64,000 bases of DNA, taken from NCBI GenBank assembly GCA_965230925.1, contig OZ246403.1, forward strand, positions 330,455 to 394,454. The letters are read 5' to 3'. The notes under the pieces were generated by a model. That model was not told where the DNA came from. It worked only from the letters and a program-made list of their open reading frames with translations, and did not search any database. Position numbers and translations under genes: made by a program. The number at the start of each line of letters is the position of its first letter. Position 1 is the stretch's first letter. This DNA is from an uncultured Candidatus Saccharibacteria bacterium (GTDB lineage Bacteria; Patescibacteriota; Minisyncoccia; Phycocordibacterales; JACOZG01). Below are positions 46,627 through 55,669 of this stretch, one piece after another.

Positions 46627-46716
46627 ATGACATCCTCCTGAATGTATGACACAAACCCTGACACCTAACCGGACGATCCGGTTACTACTCTAAAAGGGAA
46701 TCTTAGCAAAAACCGA

Positions 46717-47334
46717 TTAATTTTTCAAAAAAGGCTTTGTCACGGTAATTTCTCCAGCCTTCACCAGCGCCTTAGGTAAATTTTTAAAGGCTTCGCGTAA
46801 TTCTTCGAGTGTACCAGTGGAGCGCAAAGCGGCCGCAGGGTGAAAGAGGGGGTAAATAAAGTATTTGCCAGTGCGAAATAATTTTCCTTGATCGCGACTA
46901 ATCTTGGCTAGGGGCAAAAAGTAATTCATCGAGAAGCGGCCGAGAGGGGCAATTACTTTGGGATCGATCAGATCAATTTGCCTCGCGAGATAAGGCTTAT
47001 ACGCCTCAATTTCTGAGGGCAGTGGATCGCGGTTATCTGGCGGGCGACGCTTTACAATGTTTGTAATATACACATCGGCGCGCTTCCAACCCACTTCCCC
47101 AATTAATTTATCGAGCAGTTGACCCGAACGACCCACGAAAGGCCGCTTGAGCTCATCTTCTCTCTGACCCGGCGCCTCGCCAATGAAGAGCACGGGCGTA
47201 TCAATATTCCCCTCCCCAAACACCAAGTTTGCCTCACACAAAGGCAAGTTCTCATCCGCCGCCATTTCTTGTTCGAGTTTTTTTAATTCTTCGGCCTTAC
47301 TCATTCTGAAAAAGCTCTTTGTTCCGACCTTCAA
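46717..47334 (-). CDS. uracil-DNA glycosylase, family 4
   Basis: GEGNIDTPVLFIGEAPGQREDELKRPFVGRSGQLL. Probable start is MSKAEEL at 47304. Confidence 0.85.
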   Translation of the reverse strand: MKVGTKSFFRMSKAEELKKLEQEMAADENLPLCEANLVFGEGNIDTPVLFIGEAPGQREDELKRPFVGRSGQLLDKLIGEVGWKRADVYITNIVKRRPPDNRDPLPSEIEAYKPYLARQIDLIDPKVIAPLGRFSMNYFLPLAKISRDQGKLFRTGKYFIYPLFHPAAALRSTGTLEELREAFKNLPKALVKAGEITVTKPFLKN

Positions 47335-47497
47335 TCAATTGTTTAACGGCTTCGGCCTGATCTTTGGCTTCAAAGCCCGCTTCAATAGAAGTTTGGCCTT
47401 CTTTACCAGAACCGGTAAACCATTTCGCACCACTAATAATGAAAGCGATTAGAGCTACAGCGATAAGCAAGGCAATGAGGCCAAAACCACGGTTCAT
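47297..47497 (-). CDS. small single-TM membrane protein
   Basis: MNRGFGLIALLIAVALIAFII is pilin-like but lacks the Glu at +5. Confidence 0.3.
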   Translation of the reverse strand: MNRGFGLIALLIAVALIAFIISGAKWFTGSGKEGQTSIEAGFEAKDQAEAVKQLIEGRNKELFQNE

Positions 47498-48105
47498 ACT
47501 TTAATTCTTGGTCGATAATAGCAATGGATAAAAATGGTGGCCACAATAGCTCCGAGAAGGTTAAAGACTAGGTCGAGAGCGGTGTTGAAATAACCACCCA
47601 CACCCGTCTGACTAAAGAAGGCTACCGCCATAAATTCTAAAACCTCATTGAGCGCGCCGAAGCCCGTACCACCAAGGACGATAAGGAAATATACCACGGA
47701 CCAATTCACCTTCTCGCTCAAGTACGGCCGCAAAAGATGAAAGAACACGAGCGTGGCCACACCGAAGCCAAAGAAGTGAACGAGTTGGTCAAACTTGAAA
47801 ACCAGAGAATCGCCACTACCCCAGAGATGAATGAGGGACAATTTATAGAGCACTGATTCACCAACCCGAAGACCACCACCCGCCATATGAGCAAGACCCC
47901 AAAGCGAGAGTCCGCCAAGAATCACATTATCGAAGCGCGTTCTAGGTAAAGTGAGTAAAAGGAGTACAAAGAAAAAGAGCAGAATCCCAACATACCACAA
48001 GAATTCATAATTCTTGATCGAGAGATAATAGAGCGCGAAAACCGCGATATATAAAAAGTTGAAGGAGGCAATCAGTCTCTGGCCAAAAGTCAGACGCTGG
48101 AGCAT
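47494..48105 (-). CDS. polytopic membrane protein (DUF2238-like)
   Basis: Six predicted TM helices. Confidence 0.45.
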   Translation of the reverse strand: MLQRLTFGQRLIASFNFLYIAVFALYYLSIKNYEFLWYVGILLFFFVLLLLTLPRTRFDNVILGGLSLWGLAHMAGGGLRVGESVLYKLSLIHLWGSGDSLVFKFDQLVHFFGFGVATLVFFHLLRPYLSEKVNWSVVYFLIVLGGTGFGALNEVLEFMAVAFFSQTGVGGYFNTALDLVFNLLGAIVATIFIHCYYRPRIKV

Positions 48106-48130
48106 AGGGAAATTATACTAGAGATAGAAG

Positions 48131-48171
48131 ACAAAAAGAAAGCACGGGAGGTGAAACACCGCTCGTGCTTT
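48131..48171 (-). terminator. rho-independent terminator
   Basis: AAAGCACG...CGTGCTTT stem followed by a CTTTTTGTCTTC tail on the minus strand. Confidence 0.5.
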
Positions 48172-48291
48172 CCGGAGGGGAAAGAAGCCAGAAACTTCTG
48201 GAATTTCCTCCGTATAATATCTTGATGATCAATGTATCTGGAATTCAATTCTGCTCCTAATAATCTGGAAAGTAAACTATCTGAGTGGATA

Positions 48292-48327
48292 ACTAGGGAA
48301 AAGTAGCTCGGCCGCGCTGGGCCGAGC
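48292..48327 (-). terminator. rho-independent terminator (GCTCGGCC/GGCCGAGC 8-bp stem)
   Basis: A perfect 8-bp GC stem 35 nt downstream of the 89-aa gene, followed by TACTTTTCCC. Confidence 0.5.
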
Positions 48328-48361
48328 ATGCAATTCCTGATTGGGTTAAAACCAACGAGAA

Positions 48362-48631
48362 CTAATCGTGAAAACGCTTCTTATCAGCAGTAGGAGCGCA
48401 GAACAAGTGGTATGTGTTACTGCCAATTGTTATCTGCGGATCAACTTCTGTAACCACGGTCTGACATTCGCGGTTAGCACAAATAACTCGATCCTCAACT
48501 CCAATACTTCTGACCTCTGCTGTTCTCACAACCTCCGCCGATCCTTCCATGATTTCCTCCCTGTTCTTAACCAAGAACCTTACCTTTTTGGCGCCCCTAT
48601 TTTCGGGGCAAGATCCAACCTGGATACTCAT
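48362..48631 (-). CDS. small Cys-containing hypothetical protein with a consensus Shine-Dalgarno
   Basis: GCAGGAGGaaaATG start. C..RECQ...C pairs suggest metal binding. The antisense ORF 48368-48652 is rejected. Confidence 0.45.
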   Translation of the reverse strand: MSIQVGSCPENRGAKKVRFLVKNREEIMEGSAEVVRTAEVRSIGVEDRVICANRECQTVVTEVDPQITIGSNTYHLFCAPTADKKRFHD

Positions 48632-48669
48632 TTTCCTCCTGCGGCTCTCTAATGTAAAGGTGGATAACT

Positions 48670-50115
48670 TTAACCTTCTTCTGCTTCACCAAATAAACCA
48701 AAGGGGTTAAAGAGCTTAAGCGCTTCTTGGAATGGCATCGCCGCCTCAGGGATAGGCACGACTAGTGGTTCATTAATATTTTCGAATCTTGAAGTAAGAG
48801 TGATGAGTAACTGCTTATCGCTAAGTTGCGTTGCCGTATCGGGCGGCACCAAGCGCAAGCGATATTCCACCTGACGCGCAAGCCCCGCCTCGTCAGCCCA
48901 AACAAAAAGTCCGGTATTATCCATGAAGTACTTATAGGCCTCAATAAAGTCTTCACTCTCAAGATATTGCACGGTCTTCATTAACCCCGCGCTATACTTG
49001 GCTTGAGTTTCGCTCGGTTGCTTATTAAATTCTTCTGCCAGCTTCTTCAAGTAACGCACGCCTGCCTCTCGATCAATCACTAGCTGGTAGCGATACAAAC
49101 GCTCACCAGCCACCTTCTCCATGGTAGGTCGCCCAAGAATCTGGAAAAATTTTTCTTCTAAGGCAAGTTGGGTCATCAGTTCAAAATCTTTCACCCCCTC
49201 CTCTCGACGTTTGGCATATTCTGCTTCTAGCTGAGACAGCTTCTCTCCCCCGCCGAAGAAAGAAATGCTCGAACGACTAGTGGTCGCGGTAAGATCTTCT
49301 GGTGTAACGTGCACCCATTTACCTTTAATTGGCGAAAACAGTGAAAGGAAGAAAAAGCTCGGGAATTTATTTACGATAAAGTAATAATCGTCTGCCACAT
49401 GCCGAGCCTCAAGCTCCGCCTCAAAGTTGAAGTCATCGAAGGTGCCGTTGAAAGTTACTCCCGTTTGCCAATCACTAGAGAGCAAACCGTCGCCTCGCTT
49501 AAAGGATGAGGTGAAAGAAGTGCCGAAGTTTAGATTCTGTGGCGCGAGCCGCAAGAGTTGCCCCAACTCAACGAGAAGCGGTCGCCGACCGGGAGCGCTG
49601 GTAACCTTGGGAACAAAAGGCTTGGCTCCAGGGTCGCGAGGGACCAAGTTGAGATTAACATTCACAACTTGCTTGGCCGTCTGAATAGACTTAAAACCAG
49701 CGGCAATCTTGGGGACAATATTTTCTTCCGTATAGGGTGCCTGGCCAAAAGGCGGCATCCCCTGGAAATAGGCATAGGCTAAATACCCACCACCGAGCAA
49801 AACAATAACAAGCAAAATAAGTCCGAAAATCAAGCCACCTCGGTGAGGACGGAGTGAGATAACGGGCGGAGTAGAAAAGTTGGGACTTGGCTTGACTTCA
49901 GCCGGAGCCACAGAAGGCGCGGCAGCGGGACTAGGGGTAAAGGGACTCGAGGGAGCCTCGCGCCAAGAACCGGCGCGGAAAAAAGCCGTCGCAAGGGGTA
50001 AATCAATTTCAGCGATCCCAGCCGAGAGCAGAGCCTGACGCAATTCATCGTCGCTAGTCTCAAGCGTTAAAGCATTGGAGCGAAAAAAGTTAGCAAGATA
50101 ACCAGTATCAACCAT
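48670..50115 (-). CDS. bitopic membrane protein with cytoplasmic N-terminus, Pro-rich linker and a large extracytoplasmic domain
   Basis: One TM (LIFGLILLVIVLLGGGYLAYAYF). No recognised family. Confidence 0.4.
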   Translation of the reverse strand: MVDTGYLANFFRSNALTLETSDDELRQALLSAGIAEIDLPLATAFFRAGSWREAPSSPFTPSPAAAPSVAPAEVKPSPNFSTPPVISLRPHRGGLIFGLILLVIVLLGGGYLAYAYFQGMPPFGQAPYTEENIVPKIAAGFKSIQTAKQVVNVNLNLVPRDPGAKPFVPKVTSAPGRRPLLVELGQLLRLAPQNLNFGTSFTSSFKRGDGLLSSDWQTGVTFNGTFDDFNFEAELEARHVADDYYFIVNKFPSFFFLSLFSPIKGKWVHVTPEDLTATTSRSSISFFGGGEKLSQLEAEYAKRREEGVKDFELMTQLALEEKFFQILGRPTMEKVAGERLYRYQLVIDREAGVRYLKKLAEEFNKQPSETQAKYSAGLMKTVQYLESEDFIEAYKYFMDNTGLFVWADEAGLARQVEYRLRLVPPDTATQLSDKQLLITLTSRFENINEPLVVPIPEAAMPFQEALKLFNPFGLFGEAEEG

Positions 50116-50170
50116 AATTCGTACTCACTAGTGTAGCAACAATTCCCGCAAAAGTTTTCCCCAGAAAATT

Positions 50171-50710
50171 TTATGACTCAAACGCCGACAGCTCCATTTC
50201 CATCTCTGGAATATATGCCCCACTTTTCATTCTGTGGCGCTCTTCAGTAAACCTTTTACCATTATCGACAAATCCAAGTTTCTGATAGAAATTAATCGCC
50301 TTAGAGTTGTAGGTTGCCACATGCACAATTGTTTTCTTGGTCGTATCAATTAATTTCTGCGCCTCCAACCACAACCGAGTCCCTAGACCCTGTCTCTGAT
50401 ATTCAGGCAAAAGATAAATTGCCCGCAGTTGATTGTAGCCATCATACTTTTTTACCCTGCAAGCGCCGACAATTTTTTCCCCATCCTTGGCAATCAGGTG
50501 ACCAGTTCTGGCTTCGATATTGGTAATGCTTTTAATATACTTGGCTAACTTTTCTTCAGTTAAAACAGTCTTAAAACGCTCTTCAATATTTTCTCGAGTA
50601 ATGCCATACTCCTCATTCGGATATGTGTCGAGCCACGACAATTTAATCATTTCCATTAATCCCAAAGCGTCTTGGGGCTCAGCAAAACTAATTTTTATTT
50701 CTTGAACCAT
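50171..50710 (-). CDS. GNAT-family N-acetyltransferase
   Basis: Motif A: RVKKYDGYNQLRAIYLLPEYQRQGLGTRLW. Confidence 0.8.
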   Translation of the reverse strand: MVQEIKISFAEPQDALGLMEMIKLSWLDTYPNEEYGITRENIEERFKTVLTEEKLAKYIKSITNIEARTGHLIAKDGEKIVGACRVKKYDGYNQLRAIYLLPEYQRQGLGTRLWLEAQKLIDTTKKTIVHVATYNSKAINFYQKLGFVDNGKRFTEERHRMKSGAYIPEMEMELSAFES

Positions 50711-50714
50711 GGTC

Positions 50715-51038
50715 TTAATACCGATCTTTGTCGCGGGAAGAGACTTTGTCTAAACTTTTGCGAATAGCACGATCGAGGTCGAGGTTCTGAGAATTCGCGA
50801 GAGAAATGAGCGTATAGAGAATGTCTCCCACCTCGTCCTCCAGATCTTGCTCGACCTCGGTACTCTTTTTCTTCTTCGGGCCAAATTGATGATTCACCAG
50901 CCGCGCCAGTTCCCCCGCTTCTTCCATCAGGCGAACCAAAATTTCATGCGGCGTCCAATAAGCCCAACCTTTCTCCTTAAACCACCGCGCCATTTCTTCT
51001 TGATACTGCTTCATGATTTTTTCGGTTGTTGTTGCCAC
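50715..51038 (-). CDS. MazG-like nucleotide pyrophosphohydrolase (single-domain)
   Basis: EEAGELARLV...EVGDILYTLISLANSQNLDLDRAIRKSLDK. Confidence 0.7.
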   Translation of the reverse strand: MATTTEKIMKQYQEEMARWFKEKGWAYWTPHEILVRLMEEAGELARLVNHQFGPKKKKSTEVEQDLEDEVGDILYTLISLANSQNLDLDRAIRKSLDKVSSRDKDRY

Positions 51039-51526
51039 CGTTCTAAAATACTCGACTCGTCAATATCCGTACGACCAAACTTTTTAGCCTGTTCTTTCAT
51101 CCGCGGGATCAGAAATTCCGGCGTTTGCCACTCAATCGTACTTTTGTTTTCAATATCTTCATTTCCCCTTCTCGCAAGATCTTGATCAAGTAAGCGCACG
51201 AGAAAGTAGAGCGTGGTCTTCTCTATCTCCACATTGCGATGTTTGAAGTGACTTTGAATTGAGCCAAGATAATCAACAATTTCTCCCGTCGCCCCAAACT
51301 CTTCTTGCAAACCTCGATGAAGCGTGGCCTCCAAACTCTCTCCCGGCTCTACCGTCTCGCGCATCAAGATAAAAAAATCATCAATTCCCTCCTCGGACCA
51401 ATAACCCTTAAGATCCTTGGTAAGAAAATGATGCGCGCACACTTCCCCATTCTTGTTCACCAACACCGCCCCCACCGACACATGCTGCGGGTGTAAATAA
51501 TTCCCTTGAAAATAGGTTGGTTTCAT
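51011..51526 (-). CDS. NUDIX hydrolase
   Basis: Nudix box RETVEPGESLEATLHRGLQEEFGA. Confidence 0.75.
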   Translation of the reverse strand: MKPTYFQGNYLHPQHVSVGAVLVNKNGEVCAHHFLTKDLKGYWSEEGIDDFFILMRETVEPGESLEATLHRGLQEEFGATGEIVDYLGSIQSHFKHRNVEIEKTTLYFLVRLLDQDLARRGNEDIENKSTIEWQTPEFLIPRMKEQAKKFGRTDIDESSILERWQQQPKKS

Positions 51527-51560
51527 AAGTCCAGCTTACTCTTGATTACAAAAATTTTCA

Positions 51561-51586
51561 AAGAAAAAGCCCCAAATGCGGGGCTT
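51561..51586 (-). terminator. rho-independent terminator
   Basis: AAGCCCCgcatttGGGGCTT followed by TTTTCTTTG on the minus strand, downstream of the 113-aa gene. Confidence 0.6.
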
Positions 51587-51616
51587 ATGAGGACTTCGTT
51601 GACTTGACCGAGAAGC

Positions 51617-51958
51617 TTAGGCTGGTTCGGCCACTGTTTCGACTTTACGGAAAAAGGCAAAGACCGCGGCGTTGAACATCACACTGTCGAAGCTCATGGG
51701 AACCTCGAAAATGTTTTCTTGTCCGACCACCAAAACTTCTCCTTGGTCTCCTATTGGTCGAATGAACAGATAATGCCTATCATAGCGACACTGACAACTC
51801 GCAAAGTAATTTGACCTGTCGAAAACAACAAGGTCGGCCTCTTTGGCATTACTGATATGCCAGGAAGACCCGGGGTCAGTAAGTATTTCTGTTTGACTCA
51901 GACACTGTCTAAACAGCCTCCTCGCTTCTTCATTTGCCATGTCGATGAACAGGTTCAT
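51617..51958 (-). CDS. hypothetical protein
   Basis: ORF with its own terminator; no recognised motifs. Confidence 0.35.
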   Translation of the reverse strand: MNLFIDMANEEARRLFRQCLSQTEILTDPGSSWHISNAKEADLVVFDRSNYFASCQCRYDRHYLFIRPIGDQGEVLVVGQENIFEVPMSFDSVMFNAAVFAFFRKVETVAEPA

Positions 51959-52032
51959 GTGTTTCTTCCTCCGTAAACAAAGGCCATCGGAACAATTTCA
52001 GATTTGAATATTACCGCAAAAACTTTTACTGT

Positions 52033-52905
52033 CTAGGGAATCATCGCCTCAATTTGTTCTCGGTTTTTGAGCACCCACTTCACTCTCTCCCAACGCTTGG
52101 CTGTATCGCCGTAAATAATATACATCAGGGCAAAAAAGAGACTCGCAGAAAACAGGGTTTGTTTTTCTTCTTTGCTTATTCCCCGCCTCATCAAGTAACT
52201 TTCATAGAAAGCCCGAGACAACTCTGGTTTCAATTCTAAATCTTCCGTCGTGAACTGCGAAAGCAAGGGGTAACCCAAATCAAGCACCGTCGGTCCAACA
52301 CCCACATCATCCCAATCAATAAGAACCAAAGAACCGTCAGTTCTCTCCACCGTATTTCTCGGAGCAATCTCGGTGTGAATAAGGGCTTGGGGAGAAACAC
52401 TAAAGTCAGGCAAAGTCGCAGCGATTTTCAAATATTCTTCACCAAAAGCTAATTTTTTGGCATTCTCGGGAAAATTGGTAGCAATAATTACTTTAGGATC
52501 AAAGTCAGTTTTGTATGGATAATTTTTTACTGAATGTAACTCAGCCACAATCGCACCGAGCTTCTGATAGGTTTCGACGGTCGCTTCTGGATTCTTCCCC
52601 TCAACGTATTCCATGAGATAGACAAACCGACCATCTATTTCTGCAAACTTTTTCCCCTCTTTGGTCGGCAAAAGTTTGGGAATGTGTGAAAAATTTTGCT
52701 CATTCAGAAAGTCAAAAACCACGGTGTCTTTCTCCAGCGCTTCCGCGTTTTTCCACGGGCTCGCCACCTTGGCCACCAATTTTCCCCTATCGGAATTGAG
52801 AAGAACCACCAAGCGATCGGTGTTTTCTTGCAACACCTTTTCTTGGGTTACATTTCCCAGATCCCAAACTTCTTCTATCTTCTTTAAGTCGAAAGAGTAA
52901 CTCAC
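52033..52905 (-). CDS. aminoglycoside/choline-kinase-like phosphotransferase (APH fold)
   Basis: Brenner motif IHTEIAPRN and the LIDWDDVGVGP metal-binding loop. Confidence 0.7.
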   Translation of the reverse strand: MSYSFDLKKIEEVWDLGNVTQEKVLQENTDRLVVLLNSDRGKLVAKVASPWKNAEALEKDTVVFDFLNEQNFSHIPKLLPTKEGKKFAEIDGRFVYLMEYVEGKNPEATVETYQKLGAIVAELHSVKNYPYKTDFDPKVIIATNFPENAKKLAFGEEYLKIAATLPDFSVSPQALIHTEIAPRNTVERTDGSLVLIDWDDVGVGPTVLDLGYPLLSQFTTEDLELKPELSRAFYESYLMRRGISKEEKQTLFSASLFFALMYIIYGDTAKRWERVKWVLKNREQIEAMIP

Positions 52906-52907
52906 AA

Positions 52908-53489
52908 CTAATTCCCCAAATGTTTGTAGGCTTGCATGCCGAGAATGCCGCCGATCACCGGGCCAAGCACATACATGAGACCGAAGGAGTGGAGCGAGAA
53001 GGCCACGGCCGGATTCAAGATTCCGCTCGCACCAAGCAAGGTGGAGAAAGTAACTCCGAGAAGTAAAGAACCTCCAACCACGAGGCCAGAAGCGGCGTGC
53101 TGGGTTTTGCCATAGATCACGGAAGCGATACCGAAGGTGAGAAAGAAGGTTCCGAGAAGTTCGGCAAGGCCGATAAGCGTTGATTCACCAATACTCATGG
53201 CGGGAACTTCTACTAATTGGGAGACGAGAAGCAAGGCAATTGAGGCGCCGATAAATTGCGAGACGATGTAACTCACCGCCTCCGTTGGCGAGATCTTCTT
53301 AATAGACCAAGCCCCAATCGTTACCGCCGGGTTAAAGTGCGCTCCCGACACATGGGCCGTGGTGTAGACAAAAAGTCCTACTACTAAGGCCGCCAAAACC
53401 GGCGTCATGACGGGAAAACTCACCCCCGCGAGTCCCACAGCTAAAGCCAGCGAAAACGTCCCCAACGCTTCGACAATGTATTTTTTCAT
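52908..53489 (-). CDS. aquaporin/MIP-family channel
   Basis: Two NPA boxes (HFNPAVTIG and ILNPAVAF) and six TM helices. Confidence 0.85.
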   Translation of the reverse strand: MKKYIVEALGTFSLALAVGLAGVSFPVMTPVLAALVVGLFVYTTAHVSGAHFNPAVTIGAWSIKKISPTEAVSYIVSQFIGASIALLLVSQLVEVPAMSIGESTLIGLAELLGTFFLTFGIASVIYGKTQHAASGLVVGGSLLLGVTFSTLLGASGILNPAVAFSLHSFGLMYVLGPVIGGILGMQAYKHLGN

Positions 53490-53529
53490 AGGTTAACTAT
53501 AGCAAAACCTCTAACTTCAGCCACTTAAA

Positions 53530-53751
53530 CTAATTCCCCATCAACCAACCAAAACAGAGGCTTTTGCCTGGTGCGTCGGCGGCAACCTCCATCGCATTGG
53601 TGAGGTGGCCATAGCCAAGGCACTTCTTGGCTGTCTCGTTAAACTGCCCCATCCCTTCCTCGGTCACAAAGCCGGGCGAAGAAACATACGGCTTCGGCCA
53701 GAAAAACCCAACCACCACAACGATCACAATCAAAACAATAATTTTTTTCAT
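53530..53751 (-). CDS. small secreted/membrane hypothetical protein
   Basis: MKKIIVLIVIVVVVGFFW signal/anchor with Cys pairs. ORF-track start is 53784. Confidence 0.35.
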   Translation of the reverse strand: MKKIIVLIVIVVVVGFFWPKPYVSSPGFVTEEGMGQFNETAKKCLGYGHLTNAMEVAADAPGKSLCFGWLMGN

Positions 53752-53767
53752 GCGGGTATTATAACAA

Positions 53768-54499
53768 TTATTGGAGCCTGACAATTTCCTTCTTGAGTTC
53801 TATAACCTCAATTGGACAACCTTCCCAATCATGTTCCCAACAAATAATAACATCACAACCAGTAAGTGGGTGCTTGTGCGCAAGATAATTACTAGACCGA
53901 AACTCAAATTCACCCAGACACTGACTAAATGTCCCTTTGTGGTTTTTTCTTCGTAGTAATGCATCAGGAAATTTTGAACGAACACCGAGTAATTCGAAAC
54001 CGAGGTCAACAAGCATGGCAATAAATAAAGTAATGACACCTTGTTCATTAGTGGGGGCAAAAACGATGCCACGAAAATTAATCGTTTCCCCTGTCTCATG
54101 TGGTCGACTCAATTGAACGAAAGCCTCTTCTGGATCATTTTCTGTTTCGGCAACAACCGAATCTACACCTTCAAAAGGCGCCTTGCCATCATCCGGATCT
54201 TTCCCTGTTAGATCATACTCTTCCAACCGCTTCTCGCCGGCGGGCAAAATTTTCCAAACACCCTTAACAGAGCCGTCCAACTGTTCTTTGTGCTTTAGAT
54301 ATTCTCTCGCCCACCTGGTTTTGTTTTTCCAAACAAGTTCCGCGTTCTTATACACGCTAAGCTCCTCAGGATGATTAATGAAACGAGATTTCATTTGATC
54401 CTCAACGAGAGGATAAACATCTTTTACCTGAGCAGAGCCGCCCAATTGTTTGAGCGATTTCAACACCGGAATTTCATAATCAAAAAAGGGAATTGCCAT
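53768..54499 (-). CDS. Mrr_N-like winged-helix protein with a C-terminal putative nuclease-like domain
   Basis: N-terminus IPFFDYEIPVLKSLKQLGGSAQVKDVYPLVEDQ...VWKNKTRWAREYLK resembles the Mrr N-terminal wHTH. The C-terminal domain is not assignable. Confidence 0.35.
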   Translation of the reverse strand: MAIPFFDYEIPVLKSLKQLGGSAQVKDVYPLVEDQMKSRFINHPEELSVYKNAELVWKNKTRWAREYLKHKEQLDGSVKGVWKILPAGEKRLEEYDLTGKDPDDGKAPFEGVDSVVAETENDPEEAFVQLSRPHETGETINFRGIVFAPTNEQGVITLFIAMLVDLGFELLGVRSKFPDALLRRKNHKGTFSQCLGEFEFRSSNYLAHKHPLTGCDVIICWEHDWEGCPIEVIELKKEIVRLQ

Positions 54500-54526
54500 A
54501 ATCTTTGTTTTACTCGTTTGATACTG

Positions 54527-54598
54527 GGGTGTCTATCGGGTTCTGCCCCCGAGCTGCGGCTTCCACAGAGCCGAGTGCTACTGCTACACCATAGACAC
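54527..54598 (-). ncRNA. structured intergenic element closed by a 9-bp inverted repeat (GGTGTCTAT...ATAGACACC)
   Basis: A 72-nt GC-rich region between the adenosyltransferase stop and the Mrr-like start. Not tRNA-like on inspection. Candidate attenuator or small RNA. Confidence 0.25.
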
Positions 54599-54607
54599 CA
54601 TCAAGGC

Positions 54608-55147
54608 CTAGTTGTAGCTAGGCACTTCCTCAGTTATACCAGACTTATGATTCATCAGTCTAGCAAGCGCGTAGAGAAGTGAAGAGAGACGGTTGAGATA
54701 CGCGAGAGAAAATTCCCCGATACGGCGATTGCCGAGCGGACCGCTTTCTTCCGCCACAGCTACTACTCGCCGCTCGGCTCGTCTTGCCACCGTTCGCGCA
54801 TAATCAAACATCGCCGAGAGTTCATCACCACCCGGGACGAAAAAGGATTTGATCGGCGGTAATTCTTTCTCGATGTCATCCACGATTTTCTCAACTTCTT
54901 TCACCTTGCTTTCGGCAATAGTTTTCGGCGCACCAGCGAGCTCTGCTTGGATAATAAAGAGGTTTTGCTGAACTGTATTGAGAATTTCTTTCTCTGCTTG
55001 GGCTGACTTTGACTTCACGAAGCCAAGCAAAGAATTGATTTCGTCGAGCGAGCCGAGAGCCTCCGCGGTGGCGGAACTTTTAGAGATTCTTTGATCGCAG
55101 GCGAATAATTTAGTTGTTCCCCCGTCGCCTTTGCGGGTATAGAGCAT
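54608..55147 (-). CDS. ATP:cob(I)alamin adenosyltransferase, PduO-type
   Basis: N-terminal MLYTRKGDGGTT (the M.YT..GD.G.T signature) and a helical bundle. Confidence 0.8.
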   Translation of the reverse strand: MLYTRKGDGGTTKLFACDQRISKSSATAEALGSLDEINSLLGFVKSKSAQAEKEILNTVQQNLFIIQAELAGAPKTIAESKVKEVEKIVDDIEKELPPIKSFFVPGGDELSAMFDYARTVARRAERRVVAVAEESGPLGNRRIGEFSLAYLNRLSSLLYALARLMNHKSGITEEVPSYN

Positions 55148-55633
55148 TTAGCGGGTCACTTCGATTGGTGTCACGCTTTCGGCATCACAAGATCCAACTG
55201 TGACAGAACCATTGGTGTTCTTCATAAGGTAATACCCCGTGCGAGAGGTGGTCCAAGTGCCAGAACCATTAGGATTCACTGGAACTCTCCCAAGATACCC
55301 TTCGGTTATCAAACCACTGAGGTTAACGCAGGCAGAAGTTGAAGTAGCATAGGAACAATTGGTATTACAATTCGTATTAGTTGTATCTCCACTGATCTGA
55401 TAGGTCGTACTCGCAAAAGCGCTAGTAATAGAAGTGAGATACGACCCCCGATTATCCACTTGATCAACCTTAATTGCCGAGAGGATAGCCGTTACATCAG
55501 TGATCCGAGCCGCGTCACGCGCGTCACGGAAGCGCGAGAGTGGATCAAGAGAAACAAACACCACGCCGGCCAAGATAGCAATTACGGCGATCACGATGAG
55601 TAATTCGATGAGAGTAAAACCCTTATTTTTCAT
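55148..55633 (-). CDS. type IV pilin
   Basis: Class III leader plus NMePhe motif MKNKG|FTLIELLIVIAVIAILAG, and C-terminal Cys. Confidence 0.85.
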   Translation of the reverse strand: MKNKGFTLIELLIVIAVIAILAGVVFVSLDPLSRFRDARDAARITDVTAILSAIKVDQVDNRGSYLTSITSAFASTTYQISGDTTNTNCNTNCSYATSTSACVNLSGLITEGYLGRVPVNPNGSGTWTTSRTGYYLMKNTNGSVTVGSCDAESVTPIEVTR

Positions 55634-55669
55634 AAAAATTTAGTGGTCAGTGATAATGAGTGATTATAC

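Noticed and set aside
48368-48652. 94-aa plus-strand ORF
   Set aside because: It is antisense to a minus-strand ORF that has a consensus SD and a terminator.
54527-54601. Possible tRNA (72 nt closed by a 9-bp stem and followed by CCA-like bases)
   Set aside because: The D-arm and T-arm cannot be formed in either orientation, and the closing stem is 9 bp rather than the 7 bp of a tRNA acceptor stem.
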